Assembly (NCBI RefSeq): GCF_009914755.1
Contig: NC_060927.1
Source of the DNA: the human T2T-CHM13v2.0 reference genome, Homo sapiens
Direction: 5' to 3' (one strand)
Length of the DNA: 64,000 bases
Position numbers and translations under genes: made by a program
Shown here: positions 53,463 to 64,000 of the stretch, in pieces
Layout of the letters: each line of letters opens with the position of its first letter
Numbering within the stretch: position 1 is the first letter of the stretch
Notes under the pieces: model-generated
Seen by the model: only the letters and a program-made list of their open reading frames with translations
What the model was told of the DNA's origin: nothing
The model's database searches: none

Positions 53463-54594
53463 TTGTATAGAAGGCTTTTAATAGGGCTTTTAATTCTAAC
53501 AACTATAATTCAGTTCTAAGAACACTGTCATCTCTAACAAGAATATATAAAGGCTATATATGTATATAAAGGATATTATATACAATGATAATAATAATAT
53601 AATTGCATATATATTATATCCAATAATTATATGTATAATTGTAAAGTCTTTAAATACGTATATGCAATGGAATACATATTTACAAAAATGAATTGTTTTT
53701 TGAGTCTAGATGTCATAGTTTATCAGAAAAATGTCTTTGAGAGAGTACCTTTAGAATTTCAAGGATTCCAATCAAGGCCTAGAAAAATAAAGTATTGCAG
53801 TAGGATCAAAATGAATGCTTGATAAAAGTTCTTCTACAAAAAAGTACAATTTTTCAGTGGTCTGACTTTTGCCTTTCTCAGGCAGTGAATAAATACAGCA
53901 TACAAAAAGCATAACTTTGGTGGTTTATAGCTCGAGCATTAAAAATATCTAACATGAGCCCATAGCTCATGCTTTATATTCAGAAAATAAAAATGCCTTT
54001 GACATTGTCTAATATTAATTATTCTAACTAGGTTTGTGAATTCTTGTTAAGATTCATTCAGATAATATTTAAGATCTACTAATTACAGATGTAATATTCT
54101 CTATACATGCTCTGAAATTAATTTAATCTGGCAATATTTCACCTAAACATTTAGACAAGCTAATCCTAAAATATACCTACTTTTCAGATTTAATTTTATA
54201 TGTGGGTCATATATCACTGATATTCACCACTTTGATATCCTTTTCTCCCTAAATGCTCAAGAGCAGTTTCTATGTGTGGTATTATAAGCACGTGTGTGAG
54301 TGTGTTGGGGTGTGGTGGTGGGGCAATGGAAAAACAGGTAGTTGTGCTTTCAAATAACTTACAGTTCAATGTCAAACTAGTAATATTCATAATATATTTA
54401 AGGGAGTCCAGGAAATGGTACGATAATATAAAAAAGAATAAGGTAGATCGAATTGCTGTAGTTTGTGAGCTAAAGTCATAAGATACATTTACATTATTTT
54501 ATTTTTCTGAATATTACCTTTGGGAGAAAATTATCTTTTTTCCTCTCTACCATATATTTCTTATTTCTTCTGTCAGAAAATGGATTAGTATTTA

Positions 54595-55050
54595 TGTATT
54601 CATTTATTTACTCGTCAAATATATAATGAGCTTTCCTGTAGGTCCTGGGGATACAGTGGTGAACAAGATGCCTAAGTTTTTGCCTGCGAGATTATATTGT
54701 AAAGAGAGAGAGAAAGAGATATGAAATAGCATTAACTGCTTTGTAGTGAATTAAAATACAGGGATGTAGTGGTATATGAATAGTTGGGTGGGTTGTCAAG
54801 CCAGGCTTCTTTATGGAGGTGACCTGCAAGCTGAGATCTGTGTATTTGAGAGTCGCCAGCCTCGTGATGATCAAAGAGAAGGGCATTCCAGGCACATAGG
54901 CCAGTCGGTGCATGAAGCCCTGAATTAGGACAGAGATTTGGCAGAGAGCAGAAATGAGATAAATACAGCTGAGAACAGTGAGCCAATGAGGAAAGCAGTG
55001 TAAGTTGGGGTTACAGAGGTAGACAGGGGTCACACAACTTATGGTAAAAA
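54595..55050 (-). mobile_element. L2a 3' portion
   Basis: attcatttatttactc..ctggggatacagtggtgaacaaga; ggaggtgacctgcaagctgagatctg; gcattccaggca. Confidence 0.8.
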
Positions 55051-55429
55051 CTTCCGTCACTAGTTGGGCATTAAAGACCCTCCATAATCTGTCACAATCT
55101 ACTTATCTCACTAAACTTCCACTATACTCTATTATTTTGCTCATAGTATTCTACACAAACCCGTGGCTTTTTCATCTCTGTCATTTTATAGCAGAATTCT
55201 GCCCACTTAGAATGTATTTCCCATTTTTCTACATATCCAGATACCAGTAATTCTTCAAAGTCTGTTTCTTTATAAACCACAGTATAAAACTGATAATATT
55301 TTTAATGTAAAATCCTGTGGAAAATATTTTAGAACAATTAATTTATATCTGGTATTTTGATATACTGTCTAGGTTGATGCAATTACATATATATATATTT
55401 TTTTCTTTTTTGTGTTGTTCTTTTCTCAT

Positions 55430-55920
55430 TAAAAATGAAATATATGCTCCTAGTAAGACTGTTTGAAATCAAAGATACAAAAGAACACAAGGAAATGAAA
55501 ATCAAATTGTTTTATTACTACCATCCAGAGATATCACTGTCAACATTTTAATCAGAAAACCACTCGCTATTTTTAACTTAAAGATATTTTAAACATTTTA
55601 TTAATCCATCCATATTTAAGAATAAACAACCTGCTATTTTTAACTTAAAAATATTAGATTTAATGTCATAAATTTTTTATTTTAGATAAGTTATCATTTC
55701 ATTTTTTGTATATAAAGTATTTTAATCAACCCTAGAATTATATGTTTGATTGTTTTCTGATTATTCACAGACTAGCAACATTTCAATGAAAAAAAATTTT
55801 TTGGCTAAGTCTTTGTTCAATTATACGCTTATGTTTTCAAGATAAATTTTTATGAATGGAATGACTGGCTCAAATGTTATGCAAAATTTCAAAGTTTATG
55901 ATACTTATTAATAATTGGCT
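55430..55920 (-). mobile_element. L1ME4-like 3' remnant
   Basis: ctaccatccagagatatcactgtcaacattt; gataaatttttatgaatggaatgactggctcaaa. Confidence 0.55.
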
Positions 55921-58900
55921 ATTCTGAATTCAACAACAGTCTTATAATTCTTTTATTGTTATGTAAGATTGTACACATTAGTAACTTATACTCTTTACTG
56001 GTGAAGACTGCACCTTTAATTTAAATTCTTCATATAATTTAACAGATTGCTTTTTCTTTTAAAGCAGTGAACATATTAAACCATAATTTTACTGGACGAT
56101 AAGCAATGAAAATAATCTTTGCATATCTATGGGCTTCATACTGTGCTGATTTCTCTCATACCCAGTTCTTCATAGAGATGATCTTGACATTACACACTGG
56201 CTTAATGCTGGCACTAGATTTGCTGGCAATAATAAAGGCTATGTTCTGAATTCAAGACATCCTGTCCTAATAGGAAATTAATCAAACCACATGTTTATAT
56301 TGTCAGTAATGCTGAATTATTTAATGAGTCATAAGAACAATGTTTATCTTTTGAAATTATGCAAAATTAAAAATATGTCCACAGAATAATACTTTGTTTT
56401 ATTTTTTATGGCAGTAAACACTGCCTAGCTCTTTGCTCATTCTTAAATTCAGTATAGAATTAAAATGAATGACTAAAAAAGTTTATAAACAACCTCCCTT
56501 GATCCCATTTAGCAGTAGCCTATAAATGTAGCCAATATCTTCATACAGTTGCATCTTCAAATTTTAAAATTCAATATACATTTGACCACTTAAATCTCAT
56601 TAGATAGTACTTGAATAAGAACCATTGCCTTAGAGATGCTAGAAATATTTCTATCTATTTTCACAATGTTCACTTAATAAATAGAGTATTAAAATACCAA
56701 TGTTATTTTATAAAAAATCTTCACATAAACAACATCAGCAGAATTAAGCTAAAAATCAAGTATTTAGAAAAGGAAAGGCTTTTCTTTGCCCTGCTGAGAA
56801 GGGCACTTTAGTTGATGATGGTGCTACCCCTACTGCTCTTAAGTAAATGTCCACTCCAGGGGTCAAACAAATATAGAATAATATATGAAAACAATCATAC
56901 CAATGTGCTAATTTACAAGTGATTTGGAATGTCTGAGAGATCACCTACTGTTCTCTATAACTTTTTGTGGCATGAGACAATATTCTCAAAACTTGAAACA
57001 GGTTTACAAAAGAAAAATTGCCTTTTTACTTCTTACATATTAATACTTTCAATTTAAGATTTGCTTTAGAAATAGAAAAAAATAATAGCAGGAAGAAAGT
57101 TTAAATAAATTTTATGTGAAATGTCAAATTTCTGATATTCTATATTTCAAATAAAGTACAAACGATTATAAAATAATTCTAAAACACTACAGAATATTAC
57201 TTATTTGTGACAAAATACAGCAATGCAAAAAAGCTCATTAACATGTAAATTTTGACCATTTTAGTATTATTATATAACAGTGTACAATGCAGTGTACAGC
57301 CTATGGCATGGCGGATTTGGATTGAATTATTGTCAATAAGATGAATATTTAGGCACACTGGGGGAACTGAGTGTTATACAACATACAAATGTCTGCAGTC
57401 TTTCTCTATGCTATTAATTTCTTTAAAAATTTTGGCATATTATTCTTTCTTAAACCGGTTTTTAAGCATTTTTACTGCCAAAAGCACTAAATATGACGGT
57501 TTAAGGTATCTGCAGATTCAATTAACAATCTCATTTAGCATTTTACAGTCATGACAAATAAATTATTTGTCTAAAAATTTAGAGAATTTGAACTAGCCAC
57601 AGACATGTTGCCAAATACCTATGGCATACTGTCACTGTTACATCACAAACCAACCATATATAAAAACACACTAAGAGAACATTTTTAGAATAGAGAAAAA
57701 AATACAAATATTTAGGTGACTTTCTTTTTCACTCACTCAGATACTTGGCACTGGGCCCAAAGCAAAACAGATCATTTTTCCTTTATAAAAACACTTCTTA
57801 TGACTTCCAAATTTCTGTTGAAAAAGTTACTAATATTTAAATCACTCATATTTATAACCATGAAGTTATGCTTTAATTATCCATTTCCTTCACTCTGTCA
57901 TCAAATCTGTCACCAAGTTTTGTCTATTTAACTTCTGTACTATTTTGTCATTATTTTTTCTATTCCCATTGCCAGAACTCGTACTGCATATCCCCTGAAC
58001 TATTTCAATATGTCAGGGTGGAGATTTAGCTACTCATCTGGGACACAGTAAAATACATCGTAGATACAAGAAACAGACTGAGTTGCACGAAGCATTCATA
58101 TAGCTAAAATGTGAGTTATATAAAAGTTTGTCAGTAATAGTTTTTTTTTCTTAAATAATAATTTACTAGGCAGAAAATAAACTCACAGAATGACTTCATG
58201 GGCTGCTGTGTCATTTTCCAACATCTATGTCCCTAAACATAGAGAGATACAAGCCCTATAAATAGAGAATTTCTGAATAATTACTCCTCCTTTTGCTCAG
58301 TTCAGTGTACCTTGGTAACTCCAGAGGTATAGTAAGGTCTCTGGAACAGAGTTTAGGAAGAAATATTAAGGAAGTCTACAGAACTTATTACCAGATGCAT
58401 GAAGTTCTAAAATATAGATCTGGTAAGGACAGAAGAGACAAAAGTTACATCCAGATTTTTTTTTTCACAATTCCGTTAGTGACTTTAGAAACTAATGAAA
58501 AGCAAATATAAAATTGTTGTGTTCTTATCTTGAGAAAGTGGTTCCTGGTCAGTGAAAAAGGATCATTTTCACAGGTGGCCGCTCAGATTCTGCGACCCAA
58601 TTCTACCATACGTGTTCTAATTCCATATAGAGAGGGTACAAAAGGGAAATCAAAGACTTTCATTAATTGTGATAAGTGGGTAAATGGAGAGAATGAAGTA
58701 TAATAACTACATTACTGAAAAAAACAGATAATGTGTGGCAAAGTATTAGTTTGGGAGAACATGTATGTTAGTTTTGGAGACCCTACAGCAAGATGGAGTG
58801 ACTATAGGGAAATCATAATAAGGATATATATTGCAGTAGTTGGGTTGGAGGACTTGAGCAGCCTCTGTAAAGCAGTGAAGCTGTGGTAATGATGACACAT

Positions 58901-59674
58901 TCGGAACTATTCATATGTTGGTATTTTGAAGTGTGTGGCAGAGAAAGCAGGAGCCAATGAATGAAGTCTCTACATTTCACAATTGAAAACAAGAAAAACA
59001 AAAATATGGAAATCTCATCAGTCTCCTAAAAGGGTAAACTATGAGTCAGGGATAAAATGAAAGCATTTGTTCCTAGCGGGCTTAATGTCTTGGTAGTTTC
59101 TCAGGTTTAAAACTTGAAAATTAAAAGCTGAGTTTGAGAATTAATAATCCCAAAGCTTGAGGTGGTATGAGGAAAATTAAGTTTACTCAGGATTCAATAT
59201 TTAATACTTAAATTTGCTACATATTATTTAATAAGAACAGCTGCTACATCTATTTTGGACCATAAATAAAAATTCATTGAATGGACATCAGGTCTAAATT
59301 CACTAAATATATTCTATATCATTGCATAAATTGTCTTCATGTTTACAGCATAAAGGAATTTGTTTGAATGTTTGAATAACAATGTTATTAACTTATTTTA
59401 TGGGAAATTAGCACTAGAACAAGTTTTTCCTATGAAAAGTGAAGGAAATCTTGGTATTGAAGTAAATTATAGCTCAATTTTATAGATTAAGAAACAATGA
59501 AACAAACATGTTTCTGTGTATATGAGCATGTGTATGAGCATGTTTGTGTGTCTTATCTTTTGAATGTTTGAATGCACATAAGATTTGTCATCTGCTCCAT
59601 GGTGAATCACACTCTGGAGAACAGGGAATTGAAATTGAAATAGAGTAGAATCTACTAATTACTTTCATTATGGT

Positions 59675-60308
59675 CATATTAGTTTTCTATTGGTACTATA
59701 AAAAATAACCACAAATATCATGTTTCAAGACAACATAAACTTACTATTTCATAGTGATGTGGGCCAGGAGGAGACTGGAATGGTTCTTACCAGAAACAAT
59801 AAAGATAGCAGAGCTGCTCTTTTTTTTAATTTTTTTTTTATTTTTGTTTTCTGGACTTTCTAAAGGAGATTCTATTTCCTGCTCATTGAAGCTGTTGGCA
59901 GAACCCAGATTTTTGTGTTTGTAACACTGAGGACCCCACCTTCTTGTAGCCGTTAGCTGAGGGCTATTTCCCACTTTTAGAGGGTGCCATATGCTTTGAC
60001 ACATGGCCTCCTTCCTCCCTCTTTAAATAAAGCAAATGTGAACTAAATCCCTCCCACGCTTTGCATCTCTCCTGCCTCTATTTCCTAACTTGAATCTCTC
60101 TGACCTCCCCATTTGCCTTCCTCTCCCACTTATAAGACTTTTTGTGCTTAGATTGAGCCCACCCAGTTAATTCAGGATAAACTTCTCATTTTAAGGCCTG
60201 TAACCATAATCACATCTGTACAATTCTTTTGCCCAATAAGGTAACATATTACAGGTTCGGAAGATTGGACGTAGACATCTTTAGGAAGTTATTATAATGC
60301 CTATCACA
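59675..60308 (-). mobile_element. MLT1E-like solo LTR
   Basis: attagttttctattg..aaccacaaa; gttggcagaacccag..actgaggacccc; agattgagcccaccca..aggataa; ends cctatcaca; TSD atggt/gtggt. Confidence 0.85.
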
Positions 60309-60570
60309 GTGGTCAAAATAAAATTTTTTTGAGCATCTCATAGAGAGGAAGAAAAACTCTAAATAGAGAATTTAGGGTAAATTGTTAACTAATTGGACCT
60401 TGGAGTAAGGCACTTGATGCACAGTAAGTCAGATAAAGGCATTTAGGACAATGAATAAGCTTAAACAGAGATTCAGCACCGGAGAATCTGAAAAAACAGT
60501 TTAGAAATAGTAGCACCTGGTGTAGTTAAAGACAAAGATTTAGTGAGAGAAGATACTGGAAATTGAGATA

Positions 60571-61654
60571 CAATTGATCCTCAATATTTGCAGATTCCCT
60601 ATCTGAGAACTTTCTTACTTGCTAAAAATGTATTTGAAACCCCAAAATCAATATTCATAGTGTTTTCCTGATTACTTGCAGACATGCACAAAGCAGCAAA
60701 GAATTTGAGTTGAGGGATGCATGCTTTCCCAGCTTAAGGAGAATAAGACTGTGTTCTGTCTTGTTGCTTCAGCTCTCATATATTCATATATGTTGAGAAT
60801 ACTCAACATATTTCTTTTTGGTGGCCTATTCAGTACCACATTTTTCACATTTTTGTGCTTTTTGTTGGTGATTTTACAGTTTAAAATAACCCTAAGCATA
60901 GTGTTAAAGTGCTATCTAAGGTTCTTAAGAGCAAGAAGTCTGTGCTGTTCCTTATTTAGGAAATACATGTATTATAGAAGCATTATTCAGGGATGAGTTA
61001 TAGTCCTATTGATCATGAGTTCAATGCTAATGAATTAACATTATGGTGCATCCAGGAAAAAAAGCAAACATTATTTAATCTATACAGATACCATCCCAAA
61101 AAAGTGTTAAATAACACCTGTAGTGTATGATAAAGCTATGGAAAGATGGAAGCATGGCTAAAATTGTCACGAGATGAAAATTAATGGATAGCATTGTTAT
61201 AAGGCTGAAAGCCAAATAAATTTTGGTCATGTTATCTAGGGTCAGGAAAATGTTAAAACCAGCTCAGCTAAAATGTTAAAAGCCTGCTAAGTTTAAAATG
61301 TTAAACTCAGCTCTGGAAAATATTTATGTGGAAGAGTAGGTTTCCAAAGTTGAGGAATGTAGCTTGTTTTACAAGGACATTGGTGAACACATTATATTAG
61401 GCAGATGGCCTCCAAAGTCCCTGACTTTGGACTTTGGAATCTCTCAGAGACCAATTTATTACTTTTAAAAATATATTTTAATGTGTCTTCAAATGTAAAT
61501 ACACCAAAAAAGGACTATGATTACAATGTTGTGACCAGAAACGTGCAGGAATGTAACCTGTATTTCTTCTAGGAGCAATGATTGTATATTGACTAATTTA
61601 GTATTTGCAGCAACTCTGTAGAACATAATCATTGCAAATAGTAAGAACCAACTG
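60571..61654 (+). mobile_element. Tigger6/MER82-family DNA transposon (about 1.08 kb, Tigger6a-like)
   Basis: TA|caattgatcctcaatatttgcagattcc..aaccccaaaatcaata; right end ..gcaaatagtaagaaccaactg. Confidence 0.85.
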
Positions 61655-62199
61655 CAGATGATTTCAGCCACCACTGTGAAGAGTTATGAGATTATTCTGC
61701 ATGAAGTGAAAAACCATTAAATGCTTTTAGAGAGAATAATTATTCTGATCAAATATGGATTTTATAAAAATTATTGAAAATCATTTGAAAATTGTATGCT
61801 GTCAGGGTAAAAATCCAGATTTGTGGAAACTGTTAAGAAGCACATCAATTTTCATGGCAATTGATTATAAAGGTTTGACTCAAAGGAATAGGAATTAAAA
61901 AGTTTGGATCATTTGTAAAAAATAGTTTGGAAGTAGATTAAACAAAATTGGTCCATTGATTAGCCATGAAGGTGAGGGAGGTGTTGTAGACGACGGTTTA
62001 CGACATGTTTCCCTCATTAAAGAGATAGTGAGATATAGAATTTCTATGCTATTGTCAAGGATAAAGCTGAGTCAAATTCTTCTCACAAACCCAGCAACTT
62101 TATAGATCTTAATCATAATGTAGTGAAAAATTGCTCATTGTGCTAATTTTAATAAAGACTCTCTTCAGTTATCTGATTAAATTTAGCAAAAGGTAGTAA

Positions 62200-62400
62200 A
62201 GGAGAGTGGTTGCTCATGTGTAACATGGAGCCAGCATTGCTGGGTTCGCATCCTTTTCCTGCTACTTACTAGCTGTGTGGTAAATCAATTTCATTATCAT
62301 GAGAGTCCTAGGCTGTTTTGTGAAGAATTAATAAGTTAATACATAAACCCAGTTAGGTAGTGTCTGGCTCTGGCAAGCTCTTAATAAATGTTAGTTGTAT
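62200..62400 (+). mobile_element. MIR
   Basis: tggagccag..ctgggttcgcatcc..ctacttactagctgtgtg; ttaataaatgttag. Confidence 0.75.
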
Positions 62401-63009
62401 CATTTTAGTGGAAATTTATTTTCACTGATGTCAGGAAGCTATATTACACTTTGAACATAGAGGAGTGAAAGTCAAACTGTTCTGCTGATGAAGGAGACAC
62501 TACTTTTTCTTTGTGATTTAAAAAAATGTTACATGTTTACTTAACGATGAAAATATATTTTATGGATTAGCTTCACACTTCAAGATGCAAATATGGTGAA
62601 GATGAAGGGAAAATGGAAAACATTTATGTTCAATTCATTCTTATTGTAACATGAGTCTTTTGAAAATGTTTTTTCTTAGAAGTTTCTTTTTACCTTATAG
62701 TGCTTAAAACCATCTCTGATTGATTGCTTTCTATAAGGATATGTTTAGACCTTATAGAGTATTTTTAAGTATTATATTATATATAGTATATATTACTATA
62801 CTATATAAAGTACATGATATAACATATATATATATTTGTATTTAATTTTTTCAAAGAATTCCTTGAATTCCCTCTGCCTTATTTCTTAGGATAGTCAATA
62901 ACTCCCCTATGAAGTCATTCCCTCTCTTCTAAATTGGCCAGTAATAATAAAGTTTTCCATAGTTCAAGTAAAATCAGTCAGACATCTGTGCCTAAGTAAA
63001 TTACGAATA

Positions 63010-63198
63010 GACTATACTCTTTACTTCTACGAGATCAACTTTGTAGTTTCCTCATGTGAATGAGAACATGCAGTATCTGTCTTTCCGTGACTGACTTATT
63101 TCACTTAACAATGTCCTCCAAGTTAATTCATGTTGCCATGAATGACAGTATTTTGTTATTTTTTATAGCTTTCTTATGGCTGAATAGTACTTTGTTTC

Positions 63199-63234
<36 letters not shown>

Positions 63235-63645
63235 TACATTTTCTTTATCCTTTCATCTGTTGATGGACACTTAGGTTGATTTCCATATCTTGTCTATTGT
63301 GAATGGTGCTGCAATAAACATGGGTGTGCAGATGTCTCTTTATTATACTAATTCTATTTTCTTTGGTTATATATACTCAGTAGTGGGATTCCTGGATCTT
63401 GTGATAGTTCTATTTTTACTTTTTTGAGGAACCTCTATGCATTTACTGCCAACTAATTTTCATCAGAAGTGCCTAGAACATTCACTGGGGAAAGGACATT
63501 CTCTTTAATAAATGGTGATGGAAAAACTGGATATCCATATGCAGAAGTATGAAACTAGATCTCTGTTGCTCAATGTATACAAAAAAATGACTCAATATGA
63601 ATTCAAGACTAAAATATAAGACCTGAAACTGAATCTACAAGAAAT
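63010..63645 (-). mobile_element. L1MA fragment: antisense 63010-63440 joined to an inverted (sense) ORF2 piece at 63441-63645
   Basis: gagatcaacttt..tgagaacatgcagtat..tgatggacacttaggttgatttccatatc; then actggggaaaggacattctctttaataaatggtg..gcagaagtatgaaactaga. Confidence 0.85.
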
Positions 63646-64000
63646 AATTTTTAATTGAAACTGATACCTTCTTTTTAAAAAATTATAGAATCTTTAAATT
63701 TTATTTTTTTCTTTAGAACTAAAAACCCTATTAATGTCTTAAATAAAAGACTTCCTTGGCTCTAGTATGAGGGTTGCTACACATGGCACATAGTTGATTC
63801 CTTTAAATTACTCCATGTTTGGGAAAGTTATGAAGAACTCTGTAAGGTTTGTTTATCCTTGTCAAGAACTAATTATTTTAGAAACCAAATATAGATTACA
63901 TAGAGAAATGTTATAAAATCATCTTGGGAACATCTTGAGGATTTGAGAAATCATTCTTCACCCTTATCAGGAAGAATTAGAACATAACACAAGGTAAATA

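Noticed and set aside
58010-59000. Possible ancient LTR or other repeat remnant
   Set aside because: No diagnostic motif I can assign; left unannotated.

Overview
AT-rich primate (probably human or another catarrhine, given an AluY with a 31-A tail) genomic DNA with no recognisable protein-coding gene, RNA gene, CpG island or prokaryotic-type system. Much of the window is interspersed repeat: L1 of many ages, L2, MIR, Alu, MaLR/ERVL/ERV1 LTRs, Tigger elements and a piggyBac-derived MER75. The supplied ORFs are chance ORFs or L1/Alu remnants. Subfamily names are from recalled consensus sequences and need RepeatMasker/Dfam confirmation; boundaries of old repeats are approximate. I found no convincing new biological system. 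The most interesting signals are: (1) an L1PA8 insertion without a TSD whose 5' junction carries an 82-bp inverted copy of DNA 1.5 kb away, probably with a multi-kb deletion; (2) a strong minus-strand bias of L1/LTR elements, suggesting the window is intronic to a long plus-strand transcription unit, with a candidate GC-richer exon at 28086-28308; (3) an intact 51-codon PGBD4-like mini-ORF in MER75; (4) several template-switch and twin-priming footprints.
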